A stretch of DNA of 64,000 bases from an uncultured virus (IMG/VR IMGVR_UViG_3300025769_000088) (IMGVR_UViG_3300025769_000088), one strand, 5' to 3'; positions 1 through 8,995 are shown, counted from the stretch's first letter. A program made the numbers and translations. Notes: generated by a model from the sequence alone, not told the origin.

Positions 1-237
1 CAGCTGATGCTGCAGCCATCATCGAGCAGGCTCTCGACAGTCTCGACCTGTGCCATAGGGCCAGAATCTGGTCCTATGCAGGTCAACGTCCGATAATCAT
101 CGTTATGTATCGATAGGACCAGAATCTGGTCCTATGTGCAGTGTGCAGGCTCGACGGGCAGGACTCGCAGGCTCGACGGCAGTTCGGCTATTGGCCATTG
201 CGGACCTCGGACTTCTCGACCTGAGGATCGGAAAAAG

Positions 238-432
238 TGACCCCCCTGGTATGACTTGGCCCCTGGTCCCGTTTGAAGTTGCCCCTGGTAGGACTTGACC
301 CCTGGTACGACTTGACCCCCTGGTGCGACTTGAAATCGACCCCCGGTCGCGCTTGAAGTTGACCCCCTGGTGCCGATTGAAAATCAGGTGGGATTCCTGA
401 TTTTTCGGCGACCCCCGGTGCGGTTTGAAATT
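238..432. repeat. About 8 imperfect direct repeats, consensus TGACCCC(C)TGGT-N-(GACT/TTGAA), iteron-like
   Basis: Copies start near 238, 257, 280, 296, 313, 337, 360 and 409, mostly 16-24 bp apart, in DNA with no convincing gene. Confidence 0.85.
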
Positions 433-629
433 GAGTACGGATGTTTTCTTTTGAGGGTCGTAATCGAGGGGCGGGAAATCGGATTTTTCGAGATGTAAAC
501 TGGACATTCAGGTCCAATTTCAACTTTCAACAACTTATCAACAACTTTTGAACGCCGATTTTCGCAGTCCAGTACAACACCTGAACACGCACATCGTAGC
601 GGTCCCCGTAAGCCCAGAAGGGGCAACGA

Positions 630-700
630 CTTATCTTTTTCTGAATTCTTTTATATATAAATTTAGATATTAGATAAGAATTATAAAAAAATCCCCCATT
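630..700. other. Strongly AT-rich tract (possible unwinding element or packaging-site region)
   Basis: ttttatatataaatttagatattagataagaattataaaaaaa within an otherwise GC-rich genome, lying between two repeat families. Confidence 0.6.
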
Positions 701-763
701 ACGGGGGGTTTGAAAAGTACGTTCAGAATGAGTCTTCCGTAGTCGCGCATCCATCTCACAGCC

Positions 764-1033
764 TAAAACGGTAGGTTTGCTTGAAACGGGTATCATATTC
801 CGGCAAAATCAGACCTTCACCAAACCTACCGTTTTAGGCAGCCGTTCCGATTTCTCGTCGACTATTGACTCACTTTGAAAACTCGCCCCCCACCAGAACT
901 TCAATCTCACTGCGTAAAACGGTAGATTTGCTGCCAAAATCCCCCATTCAGCGATTTTCTCAAACCTACCGTTTTACAGCATATCCTGCACTATTGAAAA
1001 CATCTGCACACTCGCAGCAAACCTACCGTTTTA
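764..1033. repeat. Five 16-bp repeats CAAACCTACCGTTTTA (two inverted pairs plus one direct copy)
   Basis: Reverse copies at 764-779 and 915-930 (1 mismatch); forward copies at 821-836, 961-976 and 1018-1033. Confidence 0.9.
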
Positions 1034-1290
1034 CGGCACTTCAGGAATCGCCTTCCGACCATGTTCACGATGAACACTCTTCCACCCACCAAAAAGTAAA
1101 CACATGGCCTCAGAAACCCGAGGTTTTGACTCATCAAAACCTGAGCACATTCATTCACATCACCCCCAGATCGACTTGAAACTTGACTTCGAACCCTCAT
1201 CTCGGTCAGGATATCGGCGCAAAAACAAAGCCCAGGAAGGTTTGCCGACCTTCTGGGCTTCTATCACCATTCCCTGAAGTGGAGAGAACG

Positions 1291-2031
1291 ATGACTGATC
1301 AGAGCGTACCTGAGCCTCGCGACGATGCCAACCTCATTGAAGTGGCGGCATTCCTTTCGAACCTCTACGGCACACCGCGAGAGACGATCCACAAGCGTCT
1401 GGCAGCAGGCTGGTCCCCCGAGAAGGCCGCGAAGACTCCTGTCTTCTCGTTGACCACTCCCCTCCCCACCTCTGCACCAGCACAAGGCTCTGTCAGCCGC
1501 AAGCAGCTCCTTGAGTACAAGGGGGAGAAAAGGACAGTGTCCAGCTGGGCCGTGCGGATGCACATGTCGCCCCAGACACTCACGGCACGACTCAATGCAG
1601 GCTGGTCGATCAAAAGGGCACTCACTCAGCCACTCCGCACGAAGAAAGAGGCAGCACGTAGGGCCAGAAACAATAGGGCCAGAAAAAAATCCAACAAACC
1701 AAAAAAAATGCTCTTCAGACGTTTCGGCAGGCTGATGGTTGCCGACCAGTCAACTCCCGACCGCCACGGCAATCGACGATTTGAGTGCCACTGCGACTGC
1801 GGAAACACAGTATTCCTTCTCGGCTCCAATCTTCGAAGCCGATTCACCCAAAGCTGCGGATGCCTCCAGCGAGATAAGATCAGGAAACGTCAAGCCCAGG
1901 AGATCGAGCAGTTGGAGCAGCAGATCAGCATGCTGGAATGGTCCGAAGAGCCTGACGACAAGAAACTACTCCGCAAGCTGGTCGTCAGGCTCCGCAAGTG
2001 GCGAGCCAAGGTCCGAGTCTTTGAGGAGTGA
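1291..2031 (+). CDS. HNH-homing-endonuclease-derived DNA-binding protein (two HTH-like 'RL..GW..EKA..TP' repeats plus Cys-rich 'FGRL.V...C.CDCG...SCGC' module, no nuclease core); only plus-strand gene
   Basis: GGAGAG RBS before ATG 1291; modules align by eye with those of 7616..8281 and 14660..15019. Confidence 0.75.
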   Translation: MTDQSVPEPRDDANLIEVAAFLSNLYGTPRETIHKRLAAGWSPEKAAKTPVFSLTTPLPTSAPAQGSVSRKQLLEYKGEKRTVSSWAVRMHMSPQTLTARLNAGWSIKRALTQPLRTKKEAARRARNNRARKKSNKPKKMLFRRFGRLMVADQSTPDRHGNRRFECHCDCGNTVFLLGSNLRSRFTQSCGCLQRDKIRKRQAQEIEQLEQQISMLEWSEEPDDKKLLRKLVVRLRKWRAKVRVFEE

Positions 2032-2114
2032 CCTCAGTACCACGGCATCCCGTCGTACTCCGCACCCATCGTGCCCTGCGTTCGCCGCGCAGGTCGGACA
2101 TTCCAACGTGAACG

Positions 2115-2372
2115 TCATTCATCGATAAGATTCCCAAATTTACGCACGACAAGATGACTCGGCTCTGGCCGGTACGACGAGCACCACGAGAGCACCTGCC
2201 ACGTCTGCTGTCGAGTCAAGGCTCTCAGCGAGTCTTTGTTGTTCAGCATCTTGCACAGGGCATCTTCAAACGCCATGCCTGCAGCCTCGCGACGAGCAGT
2301 CGCCGACTTAGCTGTCGACTTACTTGCCGACTTCAGGACATGATGCAGCCTATTCAATTCTTTGTACGTCAT
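2115..2372 (-). CDS. Hypothetical protein (paralogue of the upstream gene)
   Basis: GAGG RBS, ATGA-type overlap, similarity to 2369..2647. Confidence 0.75.
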   Translation of the reverse strand: MTYKELNRLHHVLKSASKSTAKSATARREAAGMAFEDALCKMLNNKDSLRALTRQQTWQVLSWCSSYRPEPSHLVVRKFGNLIDE

Positions 2373-2647
2373 TCCTCAACCTCTTCGAGTGACGCCCGAC
2401 TCGCCCGAGCAAACGTCTGCAGCACTTCTTTCGGAGACATAGGGCCATACGCCGAGCACCAGAACAGCAGCTTCAGCACCTGAGCCTTGCTCAACGGCAC
2501 CAGGCATTCACGATCGCTCAGGAAGTCCCGCAGCGAGTTCACAAACTGCTCCCGCAGAGACCAATAGTTCGAGCAGCACCCGGTACGAGACTTCTGCCGT
2601 GCCTCATTCACCGCCGCGTGCAACGTCTTCAATTCTTGAAAACTCAT
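2369..2647 (-). CDS. Hypothetical protein (start MSFQELK)
   Basis: ATGA overlaps at both ends; paralogy to 2115..2372. Confidence 0.75.
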   Translation of the reverse strand: MSFQELKTLHAAVNEARQKSRTGCCSNYWSLREQFVNSLRDFLSDRECLVPLSKAQVLKLLFWCSAYGPMSPKEVLQTFARASRASLEEVEE

Positions 2648-3015
2648 CTGAAAACCCCCACCCAGTAATGCCCACCAAGCCCCACCGCATGTCCCCACCC
2701 AGCTCGACGATTCCCACCGAGCAGCCAGGCCGCATGCGGCCCACTGCGAATCCAGCCTGAGACAGCCCCACGAGCCGTCACAGGGCCACGATGTATCACC
2801 TGGTCCCAACTTCCATGATCATACCTGCCAGTGGCAGCCATCCACTCTGCATGCTGCTGAGCGAGATCACACAGGTCGGCATCGAGCACCTGGCCGAAGA
2901 GTCCGTACCGCCCTCGCCATTCCTGGGCAGCGTCATGCATGTCCTGCACCACAGGATCGACATCCGCAGGAATCCCTGGGCACAACGTCATCAGCAAAAG
3001 CAGTCCGGCTCTCAT
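2644..3015 (-). CDS. CAP/SCP-domain protein with N-terminal signal peptide
   Basis: LD..L...AQ.HAEWMA......H and W..S..H...LL CAP motifs; hydrophobic N-terminus MRAGLLLLMTL. Confidence 0.8.
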   Translation of the reverse strand: MRAGLLLLMTLCPGIPADVDPVVQDMHDAAQEWRGRYGLFGQVLDADLCDLAQQHAEWMAATGRYDHGSWDQVIHRGPVTARGAVSGWIRSGPHAAWLLGGNRRAGWGHAVGLGGHYWVGVFR

Positions 3016-3203
3016 CTTCCTGTTCCCTTCAAAACCAGAGCAGACACACTGCCCACAACACAGACCAGACCGACATCTTCGAGATGCCGATACTTCCGAG
3101 CAGAGATTTTCTCCCACGGTCCACGAGCCATGCCGGAGTACGGCATAGAGACTTCGGACTCGAAGCGGAAGACGTCGCCCACATTCAGATCAGCAAATGT
3201 CAC
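3012..3203 (-). CDS. Hypothetical protein
   Basis: Coupled overlaps with both neighbours. Confidence 0.6.
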   Translation of the reverse strand: MTFADLNVGDVFRFESEVSMPYSGMARGPWEKISARKYRHLEDVGLVCVVGSVSALVLKGTGR

Positions 3204-3550
3204 GACGTCACCTCACAATCAACTTCTTCCTGGGCATCCCAGGTCAGCCACGAGAACGTCCCTTCGACAGCAGGCGAGCCGTCCATCATCGTCCGGCTGA
3301 GCAGTTCCCTCAGCTTGGCATCCGCCGGCACACGACACGACGGGCAGCAGGCCACGACATGCGACGTCCGACCATCGGTCCACAGTCGCTCCAGCACGCA
3401 GATCGTCGACTGGTCAAAGATGCTGCCGCATTCACACATGATGTTGTGTGAGGCAGCCAGCTTGCAGGTCATCTGCCGCTCGGCGTCAGCACGAGCAGCA
3501 GAACCTTCAGGGGCGAGAATCGCTTCAGCGACAAGGTTTGAGAATGACAT
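3200..3550 (-). CDS. Hypothetical Zn-finger-like protein (CECG...CCPSC)
   Basis: GAGGTATGTC-ATG leader; Cys pairs. Confidence 0.65.
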   Translation of the reverse strand: MSFSNLVAEAILAPEGSAARADAERQMTCKLAASHNIMCECGSIFDQSTICVLERLWTDGRTSHVVACCPSCRVPADAKLRELLSRTMMDGSPAVEGTFSWLTWDAQEEVDCEVTS

Positions 3551-3610
3551 GACATACCTCAGATCGTTGGGAGTTTTTTGGAACAAAAAAATTTTCGACG
3601 GTCTAATCTT

Positions 3611-3898
3611 TCACTCACCCCAGGCAACGCACCCGTGATCTTCAGGCGTCACGAACATGCAGTGACCGGAAGGCATCGGCTGCGGAGCGAGTCGGTCAGT
3701 CTTCAACGCCTTGACCCACGCGGCGAAGGCAGGCTTCCACTTGTCTTCGAGGCAACGGTATCGCAGCACGTCACCTTGACGTTGCTTGCGAATAACGACC
3801 GACACACATTCCTCGCCGTACTTATTGAGCAGAGAGTCGTCAAGAAACTCAGCAGGCACGCCAGGCTTCGCCTGGGCAGTACTGAATAGTGAGTTCAT
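3611..3898 (-). CDS. Hypothetical protein
   Basis: ORF in operon, GGAAGG RBS, TGATG overlap. Confidence 0.65.
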   Translation of the reverse strand: MNSLFSTAQAKPGVPAEFLDDSLLNKYGEECVSVVIRKQRQGDVLRYRCLEDKWKPAFAAWVKALKTDRLAPQPMPSGHCMFVTPEDHGCVAWGE

Positions 3899-4137
3899 CA
3901 GACCACCTTCCCGTTCTTCCGAGTCACTCGGCCACAGCAGTCAATCGTGTCACCGACATGTACCGCAACGGCAGTGAATCCTTCGCCCCCCAGACGAAGC
4001 AGGCGTCGAGTCGCGTTGCCTTCACGACGATACGTCTTGAAGTTCTCGATGGGAGTCATGCGATAGAACTTCCCGTCGTTGCCCAGGGTGGTTCCGAATC
4101 GATCGCAACGAATAATCCAGTAAGCAGGCTTTGTCAT
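3898..4137 (-). CDS. Hypothetical protein
   Basis: GGAGTCACTGCG-ATG leader directly downstream of a promoter. Confidence 0.7.
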   Translation of the reverse strand: MTKPAYWIIRCDRFGTTLGNDGKFYRMTPIENFKTYRREGNATRRLLRLGGEGFTAVAVHVGDTIDCCGRVTRKNGKVV

Positions 4138-4180
4138 CGCAGTGACTCCGAAAAAAGATGTCGTTGACTTGTATGGCCCT

Positions 4181-4208
4181 ATCATAGGGCCAGAAGTATT
4201 GTCGTCAA
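4181..4208 (-). promoter_or_regulatory. Sigma70-type promoter TTGACG-N16-TATGAT with TGGCCC abutting the -10 box; palindrome TGGCCCTATGATAGGGCCA centred on the -10
   Basis: Direct reading of the reverse complement. Confidence 0.7.
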
Positions 4209-4309
4209 GCCTGTAACAAGAACTTCAGTCGAATTCTGAGAAATTTATTTCGCAGGATTCGACAAGCTCTCACTCCACCCGATGCACGCCACGCGGATAA
4301 AAATTCAGG

Positions 4310-4669
4310 TCAATCGTCATCTTCAATCTCCTCGCGGACATCATCGTCCGACTGCCTGGGTGAAAAGTCTTCGTACCAGTAGGTCACATAAACCCCGATG
4401 CCAAACGGCGACTTACCGCAGGCAGGAGCAGGCAGGTCGACACCATCCCACGTCCGCTGCGCTTCCCGCAAAGCTTTCAGCTCATCGTCCGAGCAGCACT
4501 CCCTATCCGGATGAAAGTCGCAAGGGTTGCCACCCTTGAAGCCGCCGTAGCCGGTCTCCTGCTGCGGATGCGGGCACCGATAAGTACCGATCGAATCCGG
4601 CACGTAATTGTGATCAGCGAACTCCGCCCCGCAGTGACGGCAAATGTCAGTAGCGTTAAATGACGTCAC
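4310..4669 (-). CDS. Hypothetical Cys-rich protein
   Basis: ORF with RBS, in operon. Confidence 0.65.
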   Translation of the reverse strand: MTSFNATDICRHCGAEFADHNYVPDSIGTYRCPHPQQETGYGGFKGGNPCDFHPDRECCSDDELKALREAQRTWDGVDLPAPACGKSPFGIGVYVTYWYEDFSPRQSDDDVREEIEDDD

Positions 4670-5121
4670 GAGGCATCCCCCTTAAAACATTCGCCCAGGT
4701 CAATCTCGCAGCCTTCGCGAAGTCGCGAACCATCGTCCCCATACCGCGAAGGCACCGAGACCGTCATGCGAACATCCTCACCACACTCAGCATACCCTGA
4801 GTAATGATCCTCAGATTCAAGAGTCGCATCATACTTCGCCAGCAACGACGTCAGCTCTGCTTTGAACTGCGTCGAGATATCTGCAGCCTTGACCGGCACG
4901 AAGATGCCTAAGTGCTTCTCCAGAGCCTCAAGAGCCAGCTCCCGCGTTTTGAAGTAGGCGTCGATCGGAAAGTCGCCTATGAAGAACGCCCACGTCCCGT
5001 TGCGTCTGTGCAGCACCAGCTTGACATCTGTGCCTTCGAAGGTGCCGGTCCAATCCCAGTTCGGATCGTCCGAAGGAGTATTCCACTTGATCTCTTTACG
5101 AGTCATCTTCCACTTAGCCAT
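4666..5121 (-). CDS. Hypothetical protein (start MAKWK)
   Basis: Overlaps with both neighbours. Confidence 0.65.
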   Translation of the reverse strand: MAKWKMTRKEIKWNTPSDDPNWDWTGTFEGTDVKLVLHRRNGTWAFFIGDFPIDAYFKTRELALEALEKHLGIFVPVKAADISTQFKAELTSLLAKYDATLESEDHYSGYAECGEDVRMTVSVPSRYGDDGSRLREGCEIDLGECFKGDAS

Positions 5122-5707
5122 CGTCACCACCGCCTTCCCGAAAAGTCTCAGCACCATGCGACCCGCTCCCCATCGTCTGATTCTCAGCGAGCCACTGGAT
5201 GCGGCCCCAGTGCAGCACGTTGGCGGAGAGTTTCGTCTCACGGTAATCATCGAACAACGGAGTCACGATCCAGTACCGCAGGTCACCGTCAGCCACGTCA
5301 GGCGGGAACTCACGCTGCACCACAGCCACTTCGGTCAGCTCCCCTTCGAACGCCGAGTCGTCATCGAGCCAATCGGACGGTAAAAGCACATGGTCGCCAG
5401 CCTTCAAGTCAATCCGCTTCGCAGGCTCCCGTTCCCAGGCAGCCCGAGACGACTCGCAGCCGTCTTCTTCGCACCATGCGCGAGTCGATTCATGAATGTA
5501 ATGCGGAGCAGGACCAGTCTCTGTCTCAGGCACATTGCGTCGAACAGTGAAATGCGAAACGGTCTGTAAGGCAGGCCGATCGATTTCCGGAGAAAACCCA
5601 CCTTTCAAATTCCATTCCCGCAAAGATTCCAGACAATCGTTAATTGCCTGCCGATCATTGCGGCTGTACGCCTCAAGTAAATTCCAAAGCGTTGTCTGAG
5701 GACACAT
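5114..5707 (-). CDS. Hypothetical protein (start MCPQ)
   Basis: GGAG RBS before ATG 5707. Confidence 0.65.
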   Translation of the reverse strand: MCPQTTLWNLLEAYSRNDRQAINDCLESLREWNLKGGFSPEIDRPALQTVSHFTVRRNVPETETGPAPHYIHESTRAWCEEDGCESSRAAWEREPAKRIDLKAGDHVLLPSDWLDDDSAFEGELTEVAVVQREFPPDVADGDLRYWIVTPLFDDYRETKLSANVLHWGRIQWLAENQTMGSGSHGAETFREGGGDDG

Positions 5708-5760
5708 TTTAATTCTCCAGCAAGAACAAGGAACAGTAACAGGTAGGGCCACATTCTACT

Positions 5761-5934
5761 TCAAAACCCGACAATATCGATCGAGTCGATGCCGGAGTAC
5801 TTCCGCTGAGCGTTGAACGCTGCAGCAGCAGCCTGCTGAGCGTCAACGCAGTTGATGTTGACCACGATGCCGTCCCCTTTGAGGACGACACGGTGACCGT
5901 GGTCGAGGTCAGGTCCGAGGTTGATGACTTTCAT
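5761..5934 (-). CDS. Small hypothetical protein, 57 aa (MKVINLGPDLD...), below the ORF-track cutoff
   Basis: ATGA overlap with the upstream gene; fills the gap in the operon. Confidence 0.55.
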   Translation of the reverse strand: MKVINLGPDLDHGHRVVLKGDGIVVNINCVDAQQAAAAAFNAQRKYSGIDSIDIVGF

Positions 5935-6131
5935 CGCGTTGTCTTTCCAGTCTCAATAAAGTTCTTCGCCGAGTTGAACGAGCCAAACGTCCGAGTCTGA
6001 GTGATCGTCGGACGGTACGCCACGACGTGAAACTCGTACGAAACACATCCGCAGTACTGAAACCCGCGAGGCGTGATCCAGCCGATGGTGACGCCCCGTG
6101 AATCCTTAACTTCCGTTGGTGTGGTCTTCAT
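5931..6131 (-). CDS. Hypothetical protein
   Basis: AGGAGTCACTACG-ATG leader. Confidence 0.7.
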   Translation of the reverse strand: MKTTPTEVKDSRGVTIGWITPRGFQYCGCVSYEFHVVAYRPTITQTRTFGSFNSAKNFIETGKTTR

Positions 6132-6181
6132 CGTAGTGACTCCTGACATGAAACATTAACAACTAACCCCTTACATCGACC

Positions 6182-6210
6182 ATCTTAGGGCCAGACGATA
6201 ACCACGTCAA
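6182..6210 (-). promoter_or_regulatory. Sigma70-type promoter TTGACG-N17-TAAGAT, spacer ends CTGGCCC
   Basis: Direct reading. Confidence 0.8.
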
Positions 6211-6228
6211 CTGTTATTCTGAAAGATT

Positions 6229-6552
6229 TTACAGCTCTTCAGTCTCCAGCCAGGCCTGCAGTCGCTCCACGAGACCTTCGACCTGCTCAACGGTCAGATG
6301 CATGCGAGTCGTCATCTGCACTTCCGCAGGAACTTCGAACGGCATCCAGCCACTGATCTCTCCAGGCGGCAGAGGCAGCCCCATGCGCTGGGCATCTGAC
6401 TTCATGATGATCGGCTCAGCATCGTCAACGCCGAGCCACAGGCAGCTCTCCGTCGCGATTGAGGATTGCTGAATCGAGCACTTCTTTCCGTAACAGTCTT
6501 CGAACTCGATGAGTCCGAAGCCTCGGTTTGTTTTGCTTTCAGTACCTAACAC
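6229..6552 (-). CDS. Conserved hypothetical phage protein (RGF...EF.D.YG..CSIQ.SS.A....LWLG)
   Basis: Familiar phage hypothetical motif; GGAG RBS. Confidence 0.7.
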   Translation of the reverse strand: MLGTESKTNRGFGLIEFEDCYGKKCSIQQSSIATESCLWLGVDDAEPIIMKSDAQRMGLPLPPGEISGWMPFEVPAEVQMTTRMHLTVEQVEGLVERLQAWLETEEL

Positions 6553-6593
6553 GAATCGTCTCCAGTAAGAGGTTGGTCATCAGAGTCTTTGTG

Positions 6594-6630
6594 GTGACCG
6601 GCAGCTTCGTAAAGAGAAGCTGCCGGTCAT
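6594..6630. terminator. Long hairpin TGACCGGCAGCTTC / GAAGCTGCCGGTCA
   Basis: 14-bp perfect stem directly after the stop of 6641..7228. Confidence 0.6.
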
Positions 6631-6640
6631 CACGGAAAAG

Positions 6641-7228
6641 CTAATCCCAGTAAGCAGCAGGCGACGTCCAGTCCGGGTAGTTCTCATTGAGCCAGGTCTC
6701 GGCGATAAACGCCACCCTGTCTCGCACGTCCCAGTCGTTTTCCCCTTCCGCCTTTAGCTGCACTTCAGTCTTTAACTCCACCTCGCCCTTGGCGTCGATC
6801 ACCGAGGCGGCAAACTCCCCAGGGTGGGCCTGGGAGTGTCCGTAGCGATCCACACTGAATCGTCGAGTCACTTCCAGGAACGCCACACGATCGTAGAAGG
6901 CAGCCTTGTAGAAGATCGTCGCCCGCAGGTGTCCGTTGGCATCGAGCAGCTTGATGTGCATCGCGTGACCTGTGGCTTCCTTCTTCCAGCCTTCCGGCAA
7001 CGTCGCATCGCAGAAGATCGGGTCACCCGGCGCCACTTCGCCGAACACGACACCTGCAGCTTCCAGGACAGCCTTGCTGTCGTCCCGCATCTCAGTCGGC
7101 AGTTGCGTGCTGTTGACCAGTTGCTTCTGACCACGCTGCTCCTGGGCCGCGATGGCGGCAGGGTTGCCGCCCATCACCCACTCTTGATGTCGTTCGTCTT
7201 TCGCCGTGTTGGTTACATTCTTCGTCAT
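6641..7228 (-). CDS. Conserved hypothetical phage protein
   Basis: 195-aa ORF, GAGGT RBS. Confidence 0.75.
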   Translation of the reverse strand: MTKNVTNTAKDERHQEWVMGGNPAAIAAQEQRGQKQLVNSTQLPTEMRDDSKAVLEAAGVVFGEVAPGDPIFCDATLPEGWKKEATGHAMHIKLLDANGHLRATIFYKAAFYDRVAFLEVTRRFSVDRYGHSQAHPGEFAASVIDAKGEVELKTEVQLKAEGENDWDVRDRVAFIAETWLNENYPDWTSPAAYWD

Positions 7229-7232
7229 GACA

Positions 7233-7293
7233 TACCTCTGATTGTTGGTTGTAATTTTGGGATAAAATTGCCAGCGGCAATCCGATACTTCAA
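7233..7293. repeat. 61-bp intergenic repeat, copy 1
   Basis: 58/61 identical to 9332-9392. Confidence 0.9.
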
Positions 7294-7532
7294 ATAATCC
7301 CCGCCAGAATCATCGCCGAGTCAACCGAGTCGCAGTCACACTCCTCGCAGAGCCCTGCTTCGCAATCTGGCTCCCAGTCAAACGTCGCATCGCAATCCGG
7401 CATCGTGCAGATCGCAGGACAGATCGAGTCGCAAGCAAACGCCTCAAGCATCTCCTGGGCATCTTCGAACCCGTTGATCTCGGCGAGCGTTTCCAGCTTC
7501 GCAGCCTTCTCAGCTTCGGTCAGAGCAGCCAT
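7290..7532 (-). CDS. Acidic Cys-rich hypothetical protein
   Basis: GGAG RBS; several CxxC-like pairs. Confidence 0.7.
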   Translation of the reverse strand: MAALTEAEKAAKLETLAEINGFEDAQEMLEAFACDSICPAICTMPDCDATFDWEPDCEAGLCEECDCDSVDSAMILAGII

Positions 7533-7615
7533 CGCAGGTCTCCCTTCAAAGTTCAGTAAGGTGGTCAAGCCCGACCCCTGCGATTCAGACAGGGAGCGGA
7601 GAGAACAACTTATTG

Positions 7616-8281
7616 TCAGACAGGGCGTAGAGCATCTTCGTCAGAATCTCCGCGAGCCAGTCTGGAATGGATTGTGCTTTTACACAGCCCAAGTTCTTCG
7701 GCCCAAGCTGTTAAAGGGCGTTGTTTCCCATCGCGAGTCAGCATGCGAGTTCTTCGTGTGTTTCGCTGCTGTTCTTTTCGAGTCGCCCAGCAGCAATTGT
7801 TGGGTTCGTATCCTTTGGAATTTTTAAGACGTTCGATGGAATGGTGCTTGCTGGGACGATGTCCCATATCTGCGAAAAAATTATCAAACGATTTCCAGCG
7901 ATCGCAGACACGAATGCCTCTTGCTCCGTAATACCTATAGTGTGTGTTTCTTGGATTGCAGCATCTCTGAAAAATGGCTTGCCAAACTTTGTATTCTGCG
8001 GTCGCTGCTTTTCCATGAGTCGTTAAATTGGCAATGCTTTTCTCAGACTTGTTTCGCTTGACTAATGCTTCTCGCTTGATGCATCCGCAACTTTGCGTCC
8101 TGTTGGCCAATAGATTCTTTCCAGCGACAAGCTTCTTACATCCGCAGGAGCAAAGACAATTCCACATTTGTCGGCTGGACGTAGCTTTTCCGGCGTAGGA
8201 AATCACCGTGAGCCGCCCAAACGTCTGGCCCTCTAAGTTCTTGAACTGAGGGTGCGTAGGCATTACGATAGCGTCAGTCAT
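7616..8281 (-). CDS. HNH homing endonuclease with N-terminal Cys-rich and C-terminal HTH-like modules
   Basis: YGARGIRVCDRW.SF.NF.ADMG.RP...HSIER..NSKGYEPNNCCWAT..EQ.RN; lower GC than neighbours. Confidence 0.9.
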   Translation of the reverse strand: MTDAIVMPTHPQFKNLEGQTFGRLTVISYAGKATSSRQMWNCLCSCGCKKLVAGKNLLANRTQSCGCIKREALVKRNKSEKSIANLTTHGKAATAEYKVWQAIFQRCCNPRNTHYRYYGARGIRVCDRWKSFDNFFADMGHRPSKHHSIERLKNSKGYEPNNCCWATRKEQQRNTRRTRMLTRDGKQRPLTAWAEELGLCKSTIHSRLARGDSDEDALRPV

Positions 8282-8310
8282 CGCGTCTCTCCTGTCAGGG
8301 ATGCGGGATA

Positions 8311-8344
8311 AAAGCCCAGGAAAGTTCCACCTTCCCTGGGCTTT
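8311..8344 (-). terminator. Hairpin AAAGCCCAGG...CCTGGGCTTT
   Basis: Inverted repeat between 8360 and 8281. Confidence 0.6.
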
Positions 8345-8359
8345 GTTTGTCCCTGCATT

Positions 8360-8929
8360 CTACGCCTGCGAGACGATAATCTCCACTCCGCTAGCTCGCA
8401 CTGACTCGAAGCTGGTGAACTTCACAGTCCGCCAGATCACCTGGTCTTCGGTTCCCTGACGAGACGACGTTGACTTCTTCGGCAGGTAGTCGACCAGCTC
8501 AGCAGCATCGATTGGCTGACCGTCCTGCAGGTACTCAACGCTCTGGACGCCCAGCACTCGCAGGTTTGCGTAGAAGGTGTCGCCTGCTTTGTTGGTGCAA
8601 ATCGCAGGCTTGTCTTCGACACGGTCAGCCCAGGCATGGGGCATAGCTTGAAACTCAGGAGACGACCCCTCCTTTTCCAACCTCCTATTAACCCCTCGCT
8701 CGTAGTCGGTGCCAAATGCACAGCTCATGACCGTGCGTTTACTGATTTTCCCCAGAACACAGGGCGACTTGTCCTTCCTACTTCTCTTCAGCATCTTGAC
8801 CGGAGTCTGAATCGTAACTCCCACAATCGTCGATGCCTTGATCTCACTTACCCGAGCCATCAGCTCAGCAGGCGTGACAGTCACACGAGGAACAGCACTC
8901 GCAACAGCAGCATTTGATACGTTAGTCAT
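8360..8929 (-). CDS. Conserved hypothetical phage protein
   Basis: GGAG RBS; first gene after a promoter. Confidence 0.7.
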   Translation of the reverse strand: MTNVSNAAVASAVPRVTVTPAELMARVSEIKASTIVGVTIQTPVKMLKRSRKDKSPCVLGKISKRTVMSCAFGTDYERGVNRRLEKEGSSPEFQAMPHAWADRVEDKPAICTNKAGDTFYANLRVLGVQSVEYLQDGQPIDAAELVDYLPKKSTSSRQGTEDQVIWRTVKFTSFESVRASGVEIIVSQA

Positions 8930-8995
8930 CGCATCGATCTCCAACAGCAGGAACAGCAAACATCAAACGGCCCAAGGCCACAACTCATGAGGCCC

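Noticed and set aside
238..432. Possible CRISPR array
   Set aside because: Repeats are short, degenerate and nearly adjacent, with no 30-40-bp unique spacers and no cas genes
103..523. Minus-strand ORFs 103..507 and 188..523 with repetitive translation
   Set aside because: Repeat spacing does not keep a single frame and there is no clear RBS; better explained as DNA-level repeats
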